Shown here one piece after another: positions 23,613 through 38,000 of a stretch of 64,000 nt of DNA (positions are counted from its first letter, which is position 1; every line of letters starts with the position of its first letter). Below the pieces are notes generated by a model that had not been told where the DNA came from, ran no database searches, and saw only the letters and a list, made by a program, of their open reading frames with translations. Source of the stretch: Eledone cirrhosa (lineage: Eukaryota); assembly GCA_964016885.1 (NCBI GenBank), contig OZ024748.1, forward strand, positions 10,292,001 to 10,356,000. The letters are read 5' to 3'. The position numbers and the translations under genes were made by a program.

Positions 23613-25079
23613 CTGAAAGAAACAGAAAATAAAATAAATAAAACATTTTATTTATTCAATGGAATATATATCTATATTTATATGCATGCACACAGACTTT
23701 GCAGCCATGAAAAGTCCGGTGTTTATCCCAGTTTGCATGATGTTAAGACGCCAGTCCATTGTAGGATTAAAGGGTTAAACCACCAGCAACTGCTGGAGCT
23801 GAGTATATTGGATCAAGATGAAATGAAGAGTTTTGCTCAAGAACACAACACAGTCCAGAAATTGAACCCACGATATCATGATTATAAGTCCAGCCCCCAA
23901 CCACTAGGCCATATACCTTCGCAATATACAAGCATGTGGGGCAGAGGCCTTAGGAAGGGCATCCAGCCATAGAAAAAAAATCCCCAAAGAAATCCCATGT
24001 ATGAGGAAGACGTGGTCCCCTGACTAGTCTAGCCTCATGTTAAATATATTTCAGTATATTTTTGCTATGAATGTTTTCAATGTTGTGAAGTAAATTAAAC
24101 GTATACTGGCTTCCTCATTTGTAAATAAATTACAAAGGAGAAGCTTGTGATATTCAAATGAGATTTTATGATGGAGGAGCTGTGAATGGTAGATATATTA
24201 TATGGGAGGCTGGTATCATTTCAGTAATGAGCAATTGTTCAGATAAAAGGCACTTTTACTTAAGTAACCTTTACTTTAACATTTATAAAGATACAGAAAA
24301 TCATTACAGGAAGAGTATAAATTACCCCTTCCATAAACTCAAAACATTAAAAATGTTTTGAGTTGCTTCCCTTGTGAAATAAACCAATGTAATGTTAGCT
24401 TCGAACAGTCACAAAAGACACCAACAAGAAATTAATTTGTTTATTTGGAAATTTTGAATAGAATCAACAATTGGTTAATCTTTGCAGAGATATTGTCAAT
24501 TAAGATGTCATTTAATGAGTATATATAATGTGTATATTTGTTACATATAGTCACCAGCGCATTGGCAATGAGATCTGATCCCTAAATTGCTAAATGTCAG
24601 CAGAAGGGCAACCAGGAGTTATGACCAGGATGTGTCCCGGCTCCTTTAAAGTACAAGAAGTTATAAGGGAGTTTTCTTCTTTGAAGACCTGCTGCTGTCT
24701 AGCTCTCTTACTACTATGTATGAATATATATAATGTGTATGTCACCAGAGGATTGGCAATGAGGAAGACTCAACTTTAAATAAATGTTATTCCTCTCTAC
24801 TACACTCCCCTCCACCAGCTTTACATTTCACCCCAGGATAATCCCTTAGCTACAAAGTGGTAGTGTCAGAATCACGATGCTCCCAGTACATGCTGTAAAG
24901 TGATTGGTGTTAGGAATGACACCCAGCTGTAGAGCAAGACAAAAACAGAGTGTATGAGCTAGATGTGGTCACCTGATCTGTCTAGCCTCAGTACATGCCA
25001 CCTCATCTAACCCAGGCAAAGTTGGAAAATAGATGTTAAACTGATGATGACGATTTTAACATTATATACATATATTTAT

Positions 25080-25410
25080 GGAGGCACATGGCTTAGCGGT
25101 TAGAGCATTGGCCTTGCAATCGAAAGGTTGTGAGTTCAATTCTCAGACCGGGTGATGTGTTGTTTCCTTGAGCAAGACACTTTATTTCACATTGCTCCAG
25201 TTTACTCAGCTGTAGAAATGAGATGATAGGGACTGGGGTCCATATCATTCCACTGCAAAGTGGTCGTGTAGGTGCCACGGCAAAAAAGCACCCACCACTC
25301 ACTGTAAATGAGGTTGGTGTTAGGAAGGGCATCCAGCTGTAGAAATCAAGCCAGAATCAGTTCCCGTCCCACTCTTGCAAGCTGGGAAAAGTGGACATAA
25401 AAAATGAAAT
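25080..25410 (+). mobile_element. Young full-length tRNA-derived SINE, same family
   Basis: GGAGGCACATGGCTTAGCGGTTAGAGC...GAGTTCAATTCTC, then CCTTGAGCAAGACACTT, then TAGGAAGGGCATCCAGCTGTAGAAA. Confidence 0.88.
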
Positions 25411-25616
25411 GAAAAATGAAAAATGAATATATGTAAATGTGGTTGGCCTTAGGAAGGGCATCCCTCCGTAGAAACCAAGCCAGAAACCGTTCTGTATGAG
25501 CAAGACACGATCACCTGATCCGACATGCCTCAAACAGGACAACCCACTTAACCCATGCTAGCATAGAACATGGACATTAAACAATATATATGTATATGTG
25601 TGTGTGTGTGTGTATA

Positions 25617-25659
<43 letters not shown>

Positions 25660-26561
25660 GTGTGTATCGGGTTCAGAATAGATAAACCACATCCCTGCTT
25701 GTTGGAAAAAATGTTGGTGTCAGGAAGGGCATCCAGTTGTAAAACACTACCTCAAAAAGTCCCATCCAACCCATGCCAGCATGCAAAAGTCAATGTAAGA
25801 ACTGTATGCATATGTGTTGTTCAATCTTTGCTACTGGACTGGACAGACTTTAAATGATGATGGTTATGTCCATTTGGTAAATTCTAGCAAAGTTGCTGTG
25901 AGCTGAGTTGAACCCAGAAACACACAATTAACCCTTTAGCATTTAAACCAGCTGTATCCGACCAGAACTCTCACCTCTTTCTGTTCAAACTGGCCCAAAT
26001 CCTACTGAGGTCAACTTTGCCTTTCATCCTTTCGAGATCAATAAAAAAAATGTTTTGTACCAATCTAGTACTGGAGTCGATTTTTCCCTCTATATACCTT
26101 TCTCATTTTTTTTTCTGGAAGAAATCAACTGTGTATAGACCTGGAGATGGATTCCACCAGGTATAAAATGTCCCAAAGCACTATGTGTTATGATAGAGCT
26201 CCCTACAACTCCACCAGGATTTGCAGGTACATTCATACATACATATGTGAACTTAACACTGAAACAACAATTGTATTGATTAGATGTGACTCAAATGTTA
26301 ACATCTTGTAATGATTTTGTAGAAAATATTTTAAAGCAGTTCTTTTAATTCAAATGGTTGGACAGACAGCTAGTTGTGAAAATTTGCAGTAAACTAAAGT
26401 AAAACATTTGTACTTTTCTAAAAGAACTTGTGAATGTGATATCATGCTGTACAGGACATTTCGAAATTAAGAGGCAACTGAAAGGATTGAGATCAAGCTG
26501 TAAAACTGTCTAAAAAATGAATATAAAACCCGTCATAGGGTGCACAAGGTCAACCCCTGCT

Positions 26562-26763
26562 TTAACCCTTTAGCATTTAAACCGGCTGTATCCAGCCAGA
26601 ATTCTCACCTCCTCCTGTTCAAACCGACTACTCATACTTATGTTAAGGTATTGTTCTCAAAATAAATAATATCAAAATCTCGTACATTCGATATTATGTT
26701 TAAAAGTGTTTACTATGAAAATACAATAGTAAATGTAGAGTAATGTATATGCTAAAGGGTTAA
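26562..26763 (+). mobile_element. piggyBac-type MITE copy
   Basis: TTAA ends and intact terminal inverted repeats. Confidence 0.87.
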
Positions 26764-28941
26764 GCAAGGAAAATGGCATTAAAACACTTGTGTTACCTCA
26801 CAGGACAAGAGCATAGTGATTTTTTTGTGATTCTAACAACCAAGATGATGGTACTAATCTGAATAAATCAGTTTATAAATCCACACAGCTGAATTTGTGC
26901 AACAGAAATGTAACATCTAACTACTGCGGCATGTGTGAAATAACTGAGAAAAAAATGAGAAGTGTTAGATAATAACTGCAGAAGGGGGTAAGCAAATAGT
27001 GGTTGATGTAAGTCGAGACTGAATTAGTGCGGGGGAAGAGGGGTCTAAAAGAGTGGTAGGTAGGAGTTAGCTGAACTGTCTAAACACAAAGACAAACTAT
27101 TTAACAATTAAATGTTTTAGGTAGATGACAGATGAAACAACCAGAGCAGAGTGTTGAAGTATTCAAATCATTAAATATACTCAAACTTTATTCTTGGCAT
27201 GCTTTCTGAGATTGGATGTCCATCCTAACCCCAACTAGAGGAAAGGACCTGCACTATATTTGTGTTTAGTCAGATCATCTGTAAACCCTATCTAACACAA
27301 TGTATATACTCAAATATAAGACAAGGAATATGTGACCAAAAAAAGAATCGATGGTAGAAGGGGGTTGGTTTATATTTGGGGCCAATATTTTGATGATTAT
27401 CACAAACTTCGAATTCTATGTAAATACAGTTTGGAATTTTGCCCATTTCTCAGACACAGTTTTTTTTTTGGGGGGGGGGGGGGGGGTCGGACATAATAGA
27501 AAATTTAGAGGAATTTAGTAAAATAACGTTTTCATTATTAAGTTGGTTTCCTGAACACAACTTAAAAGCTCTGAGATAAAATTATATTAGGTTTTAATGT
27601 AAATATGAACACTTTAAAATGAACCAGGGACACTTTCAGGTGGATTGGTAGAAAAAGGGCTAAGCTGAGTAAAAACACAATGATGTTGATAGACATGCTT
27701 GAAGCATGTCTATCAACATCATTTAATGTCTGTTTCCCAGCTAGCAAGGGTTTGATAGGCTGCCACAAACCAAGCCAGCACTTAAGTAGAACTACTGACC
27801 TCTCAGAAAGGTTGGGGTCCCACATCTTACCGACATACGGTCTTGCAGTCTGCGGAGTACTCAGGTCAGGGGCCCACATCTCACATACGTAAGATATTAC
27901 TCAAACTTTAACAACCCAACCAACACATGCCAGCATGGAAAGTGGATGCAAAATAATAAATGATAATAAAAGCAGTGCAATCTATAAAACAAATAATTGT
28001 TTATCAAAATGAATAATGAAGAAACTCAAAATTACAATGTATAGAGAAATTTTGAACATGGGCCTCAATGCATACCCTTCCTTCCTTGCTCTTCACCCAC
28101 ATACTCTTGAGAATACCATGGGGGAAGAGTCCTCAGAAACACCCTCCTGGGGGTCCTATCAGAACCAACTGTCTCCAAATGATAGTTGGATCCTCAACTG
28201 AGACCAGCCATGCTTATGGATGTTATCCAACTATTTTGCTCGTGGTCTACCTCTGGATTTCCTGCCAGTGGCTTTGCTAATAAAATCCTTTCATTAACCT
28301 ATTTCTAATAAAATACACAACCTGTGCATTTTACTCAATTTTGAAACTAACTAACCATATGGAGAAATTAGGGTCCTATCAGAAGTAAATGACTCCAAAT
28401 GATCCAGATAGTAAGACCAGCCATGCTTATCGATGTTATCTAAGCATGGCTGCTTGTGATTTATCTCTGGGAGCTTTGCCCCTAAAATCTTTTATTACCC
28501 TATTTCTAATAAAATACACATGCTATGCATTTTACTCAAATTTGAAAACAACCAAACATTTAGAGAAATTTCATAAAATAACTAAGTTTTTCATTAGTAA
28601 GTTACTATTATGATGAAAGGTTTTAATATAAGTGAAACCATTTTACAATGAACAGATTTGTATCATAAATGCAAGGCAGTTACAGGCAGTTTGAGACCAA
28701 AAAGGGTTAAAACACCCAAGAAACAACCTATGAGATAAAGTCCCACTAGTGAAACCTATACAGGTATGAACCTTAATAATATTTACAACAGCAACATTAA
28801 TGACATCAATGTCAAAAAGACAACTAATAAAGTTGTTATATAAATTGTTAGAAAGAGATAATTAAACAAAAAATAAATGAATAATGAACAACTATTTTGT
28901 CATCATATATGCTGTTTGGTTAAGCTACAGTGATTGTTTCA

Positions 28942-28979
<38 letters not shown>

Positions 28980-28985
<6 letters not shown>

Positions 28986-29053
28986 CCCCCCTAAATGTAT
29001 ATACACCTTGATTAGAATTCTGTTGAAGTGTGTATACATTTTTGGGGGACACC
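28980..29053. mobile_element. Short Tc1/mariner-like MITE (GTCCCC.AAA.TGTATACAC ... GTGTATACATTTTTGGGGACACC)
   Basis: Imperfect inverted arms. Related copies at about 4776-4850, 10149-10240 and a half copy at 11121-11150. Confidence 0.55.
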
Positions 29054-29994
29054 ATGTGTGTGTGTGTGTGCATGTGAACATAGGCATATATAATAAAAAC
29101 ACTGAAGCATCCCTATTCACACTAAACTGCCTGAAAACACCTCTGGTTCTACAATACAAAACTGTTTGAAAATGTTAGATCTTAACAAAATCTCCACAAG
29201 GTTTAAGTACACAGCAAGTCTCCAATTTCTGAATGGCTAAATATAAACACTTTAGTTTTGTTTCATAGAACCCAGTGTTTTTTGTAAAGCAATTTGATGT
29301 TTAATTCCTCCCAAGTTAAAATTAATAGCCCCCTTACAAAAAATTTTTAATTTAATTCATTTAACAAAAAGATCTTTTTGCTAGGTAAAACAGCTACACA
29401 CAAAGTCAAGCGTGAATAACTATTACTCTACTGCATGTCCCCCCCACCCCACCCCCTCAAAAAAATACAGCACATACATTTATGTCTCAGCTTCTGAAGT
29501 CCACTAAAGAACCACACATATTTATATATATATATATATCCTACCCAGACACATGTAGAAAATATATAGATTCAAACAAAAGAGGAAATACAAAATGATT
29601 AAATGATGATGATGATGATTCTTTAATTCTGATTATTATAATAATGACAGAATGGGGAAAATATAGATATATATATATATTCTCTACTTGCCGATAAGTT
29701 AATTGGGCCGTGACAAGTCTGAATGACAAAATGATAAAAAGACTCATTAATTATATAACGGCTTCAATTTCAACATCAACAAAATGTTACATGAAATGAT
29801 GTTACTGAAAATAGAAACCAATATAACATTCTACTGTGTTGATGTATGTGTATATATAAACATATAGGAGTATATGTGTGTGTATATACATATATGAGTA
29901 TGTGTGCATATATGAGTATGTGTGCATATATGAGTGTGTGTGCATATATATATAGAGAGAGAGAGAGTATATGTGTGTATATAAATGAGTGTGC

Positions 29995-30029
<35 letters not shown>

Positions 30030-30295
30030 TGTGTGTGTGTGTATACATCTATATGAGTAAATCATCATTATCATCATTTTACATCCACTTTTCCCTGCTT
30101 GCAAGAGTGGGGCAAATGTATGTGTGTATTTACTTGTTTTACAAAATTAAACCTGTTTCGATTGTGACCAAATTCTAAGTGAAGCTTAACAGGATTAATT
30201 CTGTAAAACTAATAAAGTAAATGAAAAAAAAAGAAGACAACACATTTTACACTTTGAAGTATTAAGTACTTTGTATCTGCATTTGTGTGTGTGTA

Positions 30296-30334
<39 letters not shown>

Positions 30335-32989
30335 ACAGCATTTAACATCCATTTTCCTGTATGTTTGTGTACAAGCAAGACTGTGTATACAATGTGTAGA
30401 TATACAAATAAAGGTGAATGGATACGTTTTTTTTGTTCCCAGACACCTAAATATATACACACACACATTATATATACCAGTACCCCCGGTAACTGTATTT
30501 TATATATATATATATATTTGGGTACCATGCCCTTTGAAACATACACAGTTAATCACCTTCGTGTTCCACATTCGAAATTATTCAAACCAAAGTCATAAGA
30601 CAAGAGATAATGTTGTAAGGATATGATAAAACCTTTTGACACCAACCACCCCAAAGCCGTCCCTGGTCCCACAAAACAAAGCCAACAATTTTAAAGTGTT
30701 CCTATATAAATTAAAATCTTCCAACACAACTTTATGATGATTATGAACCATGTGGGGTTACTGCCTTAGTAATGAAATGATTTTAGTAAATCCTTGAAAA
30801 TTCTTTATTAATTGAAATGGTTAATAGCCTGGATAATTATAACCATGCTTTGTGGTATATAGTTACGTCCCTTTACATTCTGAGTTAAGATTTTCCTTTT
30901 ATCCTTACGGGTTCAATAAAAGTACCAGTAACATACTGGAGTCGATTTAATCAACTTTCCTCTCTCCAAAATTGTTGGCAATGTGCCTAAATCAGAAACC
31001 ATTACAATTATATAAATTGGCAGTATTGGTAGAGCACCGAACATGCTTTGTGGTATATAGTTACGTCCCTTTGCATTCTGAGTTCAGATTCCGCTATGGT
31101 AGCTTAGCCTTTCACCCTCATGGGGGCCGATAAAATAAAGTACCAGTAATGCACCAGTGCATTACTGGCACTTTATTTTATCCACTTATCGTCAATTTAA
31201 TCAACTTTCTTTTCCTCTCCCCGCAAAAATTGTTGGCCTTGTGCCTAAATCATTAGCTCAATGTTTCCTTTTATAGAAAAGTAGGGTCTTTTTTTTTTTC
31301 TTCTTTTTTTATGGCTTTAGCCAGGATACATGTCAAACTTACCTGGCCAGGAAAAAATAAATCTACAGATCTTACCTATGGTTTTATAAGGACCCAGACT
31401 TAGAGAATCTAAGAGATTTCTTAATAGGTGTGTTTCTCTGATCAGACATTTATAACTTTCTAATAACAAAGATATTATATATATATATATCGTGTTAGGC
31501 TATATATATATATATATATATATATATAGCCCAACACGATCCAACCTATGCCAACATGGAAATCAGAGGTAAAATGATCATGATATATATGCTGGAGAAG
31601 CTAATTCCTTCACTCATTCCATGGATGTATAAATCTGTTAATGTGTAAATATACTGCTGGGGGTTAATTCATTTCATAAGCTTCCATCAGCAATACAACT
31701 GTCTACATACATGGAGATATATTATTCAAAAAACTACTCCAATAACCCAGTGAGTTACGGGCCTTACTATATGTAATGTCATACTGTTCTTTGTAATGAG
31801 GTCATCTGTTGTTGAGTTTGACATTAGCACTGGTTGAAGTGACCTTATGAGAAACCCTTTCACTACAATATTTCGAATGAAATACACTGCTTCTCTTGTT
31901 TTAATTAATGTTGAAAATATTCATTATGTTGGAGAGATTTAGTAATATAACAAAACTTCTCATTAAGTTGGTGTCTGGAGCATTACTTAAATATTCTAAC
32001 ATAAAATTACGATGGAAGGTTTTTAGATAAATATGAACAGCTTTATTATATCATAGGTGTGAGGCTTAGAGGTTAGGGAATTGTGTCCTTGAACAAGACA
32101 CTTTGTTTCATGTTGCTCCTTCTGACAGGAGTTGCGACAGGTAGATAGTATCAGCAACTGGAAAGATCAATGGAAACATTTTCTCCTTGGTCCGATCTGA
32201 CAAGTTCCACCTCTCTCGGTAAGCGAACGAGGTCTGGGATCTTGCCAATCCAGATCGTATCATAGAATGAGAAACAGTTCCAGGTTTGGTATCGAAAGTG
32301 TTAAGGGCACTCCTGCCATGACCATCCCATTTTTCAAGCATCCCGTTTTAAGTGTGACTTGAGAGGAATATGGGTGTTGCTGCCAGCAGGTTAATGACCA
32401 CATAGAAGCTCACTTGTCTTGTGGTGTGATATGCTGTGTTAGTGGTGTTTAGTCCCAGGACAGCCTCAATCAAGTAAACCTATGATCAACAGGTATCTTA
32501 CCCATTACTCCTCATCTTTTCTCTTTCTCCAGTAAATGTAACCTGAACTACATTATCTGAGGTGTTCTTTTTTAAAATCAGTATGGAGTGGTTTGAGGTA
32601 GATTTGACTGCTATTTCTAGCAAGTCAATCAATGATGAGAGGCTCTCTCACTGTTTGTTTACTAACAACTTTTAAAAAAAGCCTGATTAAATTTCTGATT
32701 ATGAACCACAATGTGGTCTCTAAATTTGCTAGAAAGTAACAAGTAAATTTCAATCTGACCTAAAATATTTTTGAAAAAAGGAAGCATTGGATAAACTGGT
32801 CCTATATATACACCCCCAAAATACATAATGTACACACTGTAAATTATGGACATAGAAAATGTAGTGGGATCAGAGGAGTAATAAGCACCAAGAATAATCA
32901 TGAAAGAGGTTGCTTCCAATGCCTGGAAGCCCCACCACCTCAATAACCCTAGAAGCAGTTAATTGATTTTGTCCCACAGGTGATTTAAT

Positions 32990-33445
32990 TTATAGTAGAG
33001 GTGAGTGCGTTTGAAAGCATAGTGGCTAGAGTAAAAATGGGGTGGGAATATTCAGGGAATTATCTTAGCTGGTAACAAGGGGTTTCTCACACAGAAATAA
33101 TGCTTGTGCACAAAGTGCGATCCTTTATAGTAGCGAGATATGAACTTTGGATTTGTAAAGGGCAGAAATAAATAAATTGGGCTTGCTCCACTGCAGGAGT
33201 ATTGTTATATGTAATGTTAGTGAGTATGAACGATGGAACAGAAATTGGATGTAAAAGGAATCGTATGTAGTGTGCCAGAGAGAATACCATGCTATACAGG
33301 TATGTGATGAATATGAAGGATGACAGGTGTATAGGTGTTTAAGTCAGAAAGGAAAAGTGAAAGAACCGAGGAAGACATGGTAGGATGTGGTGAAGACTGA
33401 TCTCAAGATGTTGAGCCTCGTGGAAGAAATGACAAATGACCCTGG
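32990..33445 (+). mobile_element. Decayed RTE-clade LINE 3' fragment
   Basis: Plus frame near 33365-33440 reads PRKTW*DVVKTDLKMLSLVEEMTND. Confidence 0.5.
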
Positions 33446-34457
33446 CGATTATCAATACATGAGCTGAAGATGACCAGCTGGCCTGTACACGGCACAACAG
33501 ATGTGACATCTTTTTACATCTTACAGCTTTACTACTTGGAGCTGGAGATGACCAACTGACCTCTATAAGCATGGTACAACAGATGTGATGTCCTGAGGTA
33601 ATTACCAATACATAGAGCTGGAGATTACCAGCTGACCTGTGTAAGCAAGACACAACAGATGTGACATTTGTTTATGTCTCGCAGCTTGGCAATTTTACAA
33701 AGGACAGCAGTATATGTCATATCTAAAATATCGGTAGGTATCAGGAAGAGCAGGCAATTTTTTTCTTATGTACAAAACCTACCATCTATATTTGAACTGA
33801 GCTCAGACCAGAATATTGTACAGCAAGAGGATCAGATCACACTCCACTCCAACACCACACACATTTCACACTCAAACAGCACCATACTCCATAAAACATG
33901 CATCAGACAACAACCTACCTTTAGCACGACGGAAGAAAATCTCTTGGTCACCACCAGTCAAAGAAATAGTTGCTTACATTTTTTTAATATATATATATAT
34001 CTATATCTCCAGACATTTTTTTTAAAAGCAACATTACAACCATACCACTCACACATTGAATCGACTGTGTGCAACTTACATTTAAAAAGAAATAAAGGAA
34101 AGGAACCAATCATGAAAATGGACCAATGGAAACAGTTTCCATTGGTCTTTCCATTGCTGATACTATCTTCCAGTTGCTACTCCTGGCAGGAAGAGGCAGA
34201 ATTTGAACGCAGAACACACAGAGCACCATGTCCAACTTTTACAATTCTGCCAATCTGCCACCCCAGAACTGATACTTTATCGATCCCCCAAAAGAATGAC
34301 CTCGGCAGGATTTGCATTTAATTATCTTCATTGTAAGAGTCACACAACAGTTGATTCCGTTTATTACACCTATAATGTTGTTGACATTTCATAAATGGAA
34401 TTATTTCTTTGTATATTTTCTTCTCAAAACTTCGCCCACAAAAAACAATCAGTTTCT

Positions 34458-34669
34458 TTAACCCTTTAGCATTTAAACCGGCCGTATCCTGCCAGAATTC
34501 TCTCACCTCTTTCTGTTCAAACTGGCTGCAGCTTGCCATTCATACTTATGTTAAGGTATTTTTCTCAAAATAAATATCAAAATCTCATAGATTCGATATT
34601 ATGTGAGATAAAGCCTTTACCGTGAAAATACAATAGTAAATAGAGAGTAATGTAAATGCTAAAGGGTCA
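34458..34669 (+). mobile_element. piggyBac-type MITE copy
   Basis: Same family. Confidence 0.85.
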
Positions 34670-34857
34670 AGCAAGTGACACCATTTTCTCATGTGCATCA
34701 TACTTTAAAAAATTACATATGTATTGGTGTCAGGAAGGGTACCTAGCCACAGAACACTGCCTCATAACAAAAGAGTCACATCTTACTCAAGCCAATAGGA
34801 TGATAATGACAACCAAGTTCCCTTCCAGTATTCAAACATCTATAGTTGGATAGATAT

Positions 34858-35060
34858 TTCAATGAAAAGCAGGCTGTTTCAACACACACAGGTTAGCTCC
34901 AGAAATACACCATAGCTCTTCATAGATTCTTCAATGAAAAGCAGGCTGTTTCAACACACACAGGTTAGCTCCAGAAATACCACACCATTGGTCTTCATAG
35001 ATTCTTCAATGAAAAGCAGGCTGTTTCAACACACACAGGTTAGTTCCAGAAATATCACAC
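34858..35060. repeat. About 72-75-bp tandem repeat, nearly 3 copies (TTCAATGAAAAGCAGGCTGTTTCAACACACACAGGTTAG...)
   Basis: Units start near 34858, 34930 and 35005. Confidence 0.92.
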
Positions 35061-38000
35061 TGTTGCTCCTCAAATACAAAGTATCAACTGTTGTTTGTTC
35101 ACCTGATATCATTAATATTAGATTGATTGGCACATAATTACAGTTGATATTGTAATTCCATTTTTAATTTCACAGTAAGTTCCATGGAGTGTGCTAATGG
35201 TCTTATAATTTTCATATGTATCCACTTCAGTTTTGAAATTAAATGACCACCTGTCAAGTGAGATGCTGTGTTCTTGAGCAAAACACTTCATTTCCAGTTG
35301 CTCCAGCTGAGAGCAGGGCCTATGGGGGAGGGGGAGGGCTCCAGTTGGTACTTTGTTCCGGGACCCGAGAGCTAAGGCCCCACAACAACCATGCAACATC
35401 CATTTTAGAAAAATCTTTGTCTGCTTCAGGCCCCAAAGTGGTCTTGTACCACCTTGCCAAATTTCTCTTGGAGGCCCTCCTGGTGTTTTCAGTTGCTGAA
35501 GGTCAATGGAATCAGAATTAGACCCAAGTTAATGAGCCGTCAGTGTTGAGAGAAATTTCAGTCTTGAAATTAAACGACCAACCACCGAAGTAGTATATTT
35601 TAAAAAATACCACACCAAGTGTACATGGTACTTAAGTACCAAGCACATGTGATATGATATCTTTAAAAATATCTATTGTCTTTCTTGCTTTCATAGTCAA
35701 TGGGCTCCTGACTAATTATTAAAAACAAAGCAGGTTATTTTCGTTTTTAGTGTAGATTATATTAACCCCAGTACTTGATTGATACTTCATTTTGTCGACA
35801 AGAAAATGATGGAATGGCAAATTTGACTTCAAAGAGATTTGAACTCAGACCCTAAAAAGTTGGAACAAATATCATAAGGCATTTATTCCAATGCTCTAAT
35901 GGTTTTGCCTCACATAATTTTGCCTTCAGCTTTAATTTTAGCACGAATCAACAAGTTTGAGCACAGTGAAGTCCAATGAACACTAGTACTCCACTGATAT
36001 CTGATCACCACCACCACAGATTTGAAGGGATGTTTACTAAATACTTTAAGGTATTTTCTACCACCCACACCATATTTTTAATGATAGAGTCCTAACTATC
36101 AACGTCATAAAGATCTATTTCCTTTAACTCTATAAAGCTAATTAGAAATGTATGAAGGAAAAAAAAAAAATGAAGAAACAAGTTTTTTTATAAATAAAAT
36201 AAGAACTCAGATTTAAGAAAAAAATAAAAGTATTTTATTTTGGAAAGTTGGTTGAAGTGTTTATGTAAGTCAATGTTGAGTATTTTTTTCTCGTCAGCTG
36301 TAGCAAAGCCAACTCTGGCATGTGAAATTTGTTACGGGAATGAGCCTAGAGTTGAACCCAGAACTGATAGTAAGTTAAGGAGTCAATATGCTACCACTTT
36401 AAAGTTTGCCTAAAGTCTCACAGTAAACACAACAAATGTATTTCCAAAGACCCAACTTCGTAACTGGTATCTTCATAGAACATCAGAGATACCATTAGAT
36501 GTCGATCATACAGTATATGTTTTGTCTATTCCAAGCCATAGATACAAACTGAATTTGATCCAATAGCTCAGAATCTACAAACAGCTATACACTGCTTAGA
36601 TTTATATTTCCCTTGTATAGTGCAGCCTATTTCAAGTGACAACAGGCTTTCAGGAAAAGTAGGCAAATGCAGTAGCAGGGAAAGAGACCGTCTTTGGTGT
36701 AAAACAGTCAGGATCATAAGGAGATGCCATCAATGTTTTACAAGTTATCCACCATAGCTCCCGGTCATTGAAACATACAGCATATCAGTCAGCACTGTGA
36801 TCACATCACACAACATTTCAGATTCTCCAGACAAGCAATCATCATTTCTTCTTCACAGGTCAACATGTCCATACGGTGTTGTAGCAGATTAACCATCAAA
36901 TGAATCAGGAAAGTTTCCGGAAAAAACAGCTGCTTTTATTTCGAAGAGCGATCGGTTGAATATCAGAGCATAGGTTGAACTATGCCGGCCAAGTGAAAGG
37001 GAGAGTATTCTGAATGCAAGAAATAGAAAAATACAAAAACTAATCTTATGCAAAGTTAACTACCGGTCTAACTAACAAACAGCAAAACATAAATTTAACA
37101 TTCAACCCCTTTTTAAGTAAACAACAAAAAAAAATAATAATGATACTTACAAGTAAGCAAGAATAAAATCTTACCATGCAAGCAGTAAGTTGTAAAGAAA
37201 TATAGCTTTTATATATAGTTAGGTGCAGGCATGACTAAACAGTCAACAAGTCTGCTTCACACCCCATGGTTTCAGATACAATCTCACTGTGTGATAACTC
37301 AGATAAATTGCTTCTATAGCCATGGTGTGACCCAAAACATTGTGAGTGAATTTAGGTGACGGAAACTGTGTGAAAGTCTTTCATATATGTGTGTATAAAT
37401 GTTCGCATGTCCCCACATGCATATTCACCCTTTAAGGCAAGCAATGACTTAATATTTTGCACAGACAATACTTTCTGCAGTGTAGCGGTTCAACGAAAAT
37501 GAGTGGTAGGTACCATACTTAGAAATAAAATATGGATTAGCATCAGACCGTAGAAAAAACTGCTTCAAGTCTCATCCAACAGATACCACCATGGAAAGGC
37601 AGACATAAAAACAGCGATCACCACCATTAACCATACGACCCAACCCCACAAACCAAAAATATTCTGTCTTATAACAAACTCCCCACCAAATGAAGTTTTA
37701 AATGTCCAGTTTCATACAATTCAAGTTTCAAAAAGAGAATAGTCATGATCTGCACCAATACAGGAATGTTATACGTAGACAATATAGGATAGCTGCTTGG
37801 AATCAGAAGACATCTTGTGGAGACAATACTTCAGTTTATTTTTCAGTTTAGTCATCATATAATAACATCCATTCCCTAACCTGAGTGTGAAAGTGAACAG
37901 TAACATCAATAAGTACTACAGTTACTCAATATGCTTAGAGTTGCATCTCAAAATATGCACAAAAGACATCTTTCCAGACACTGTAGTTTCAACATGTTCC

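Noticed and set aside
25080-25155. tRNA-like sequence
   Set aside because: It is the head of a SINE that continues into the repeat body, with no complete cloverleaf.
33668-34321. 217-aa plus-strand ORF
   Set aside because: No recognisable domain. It runs through (TA)n and repeat fragments and has a non-ATG start.
36785-36845. C/D-box snoRNA-like arrangement on the minus strand (ATGATGA...CTGA...TGATGT...CTGA)
   Set aside because: No terminal stem and no rRNA or snRNA complementarity that I can recognise. snoscan would be needed to reconsider.
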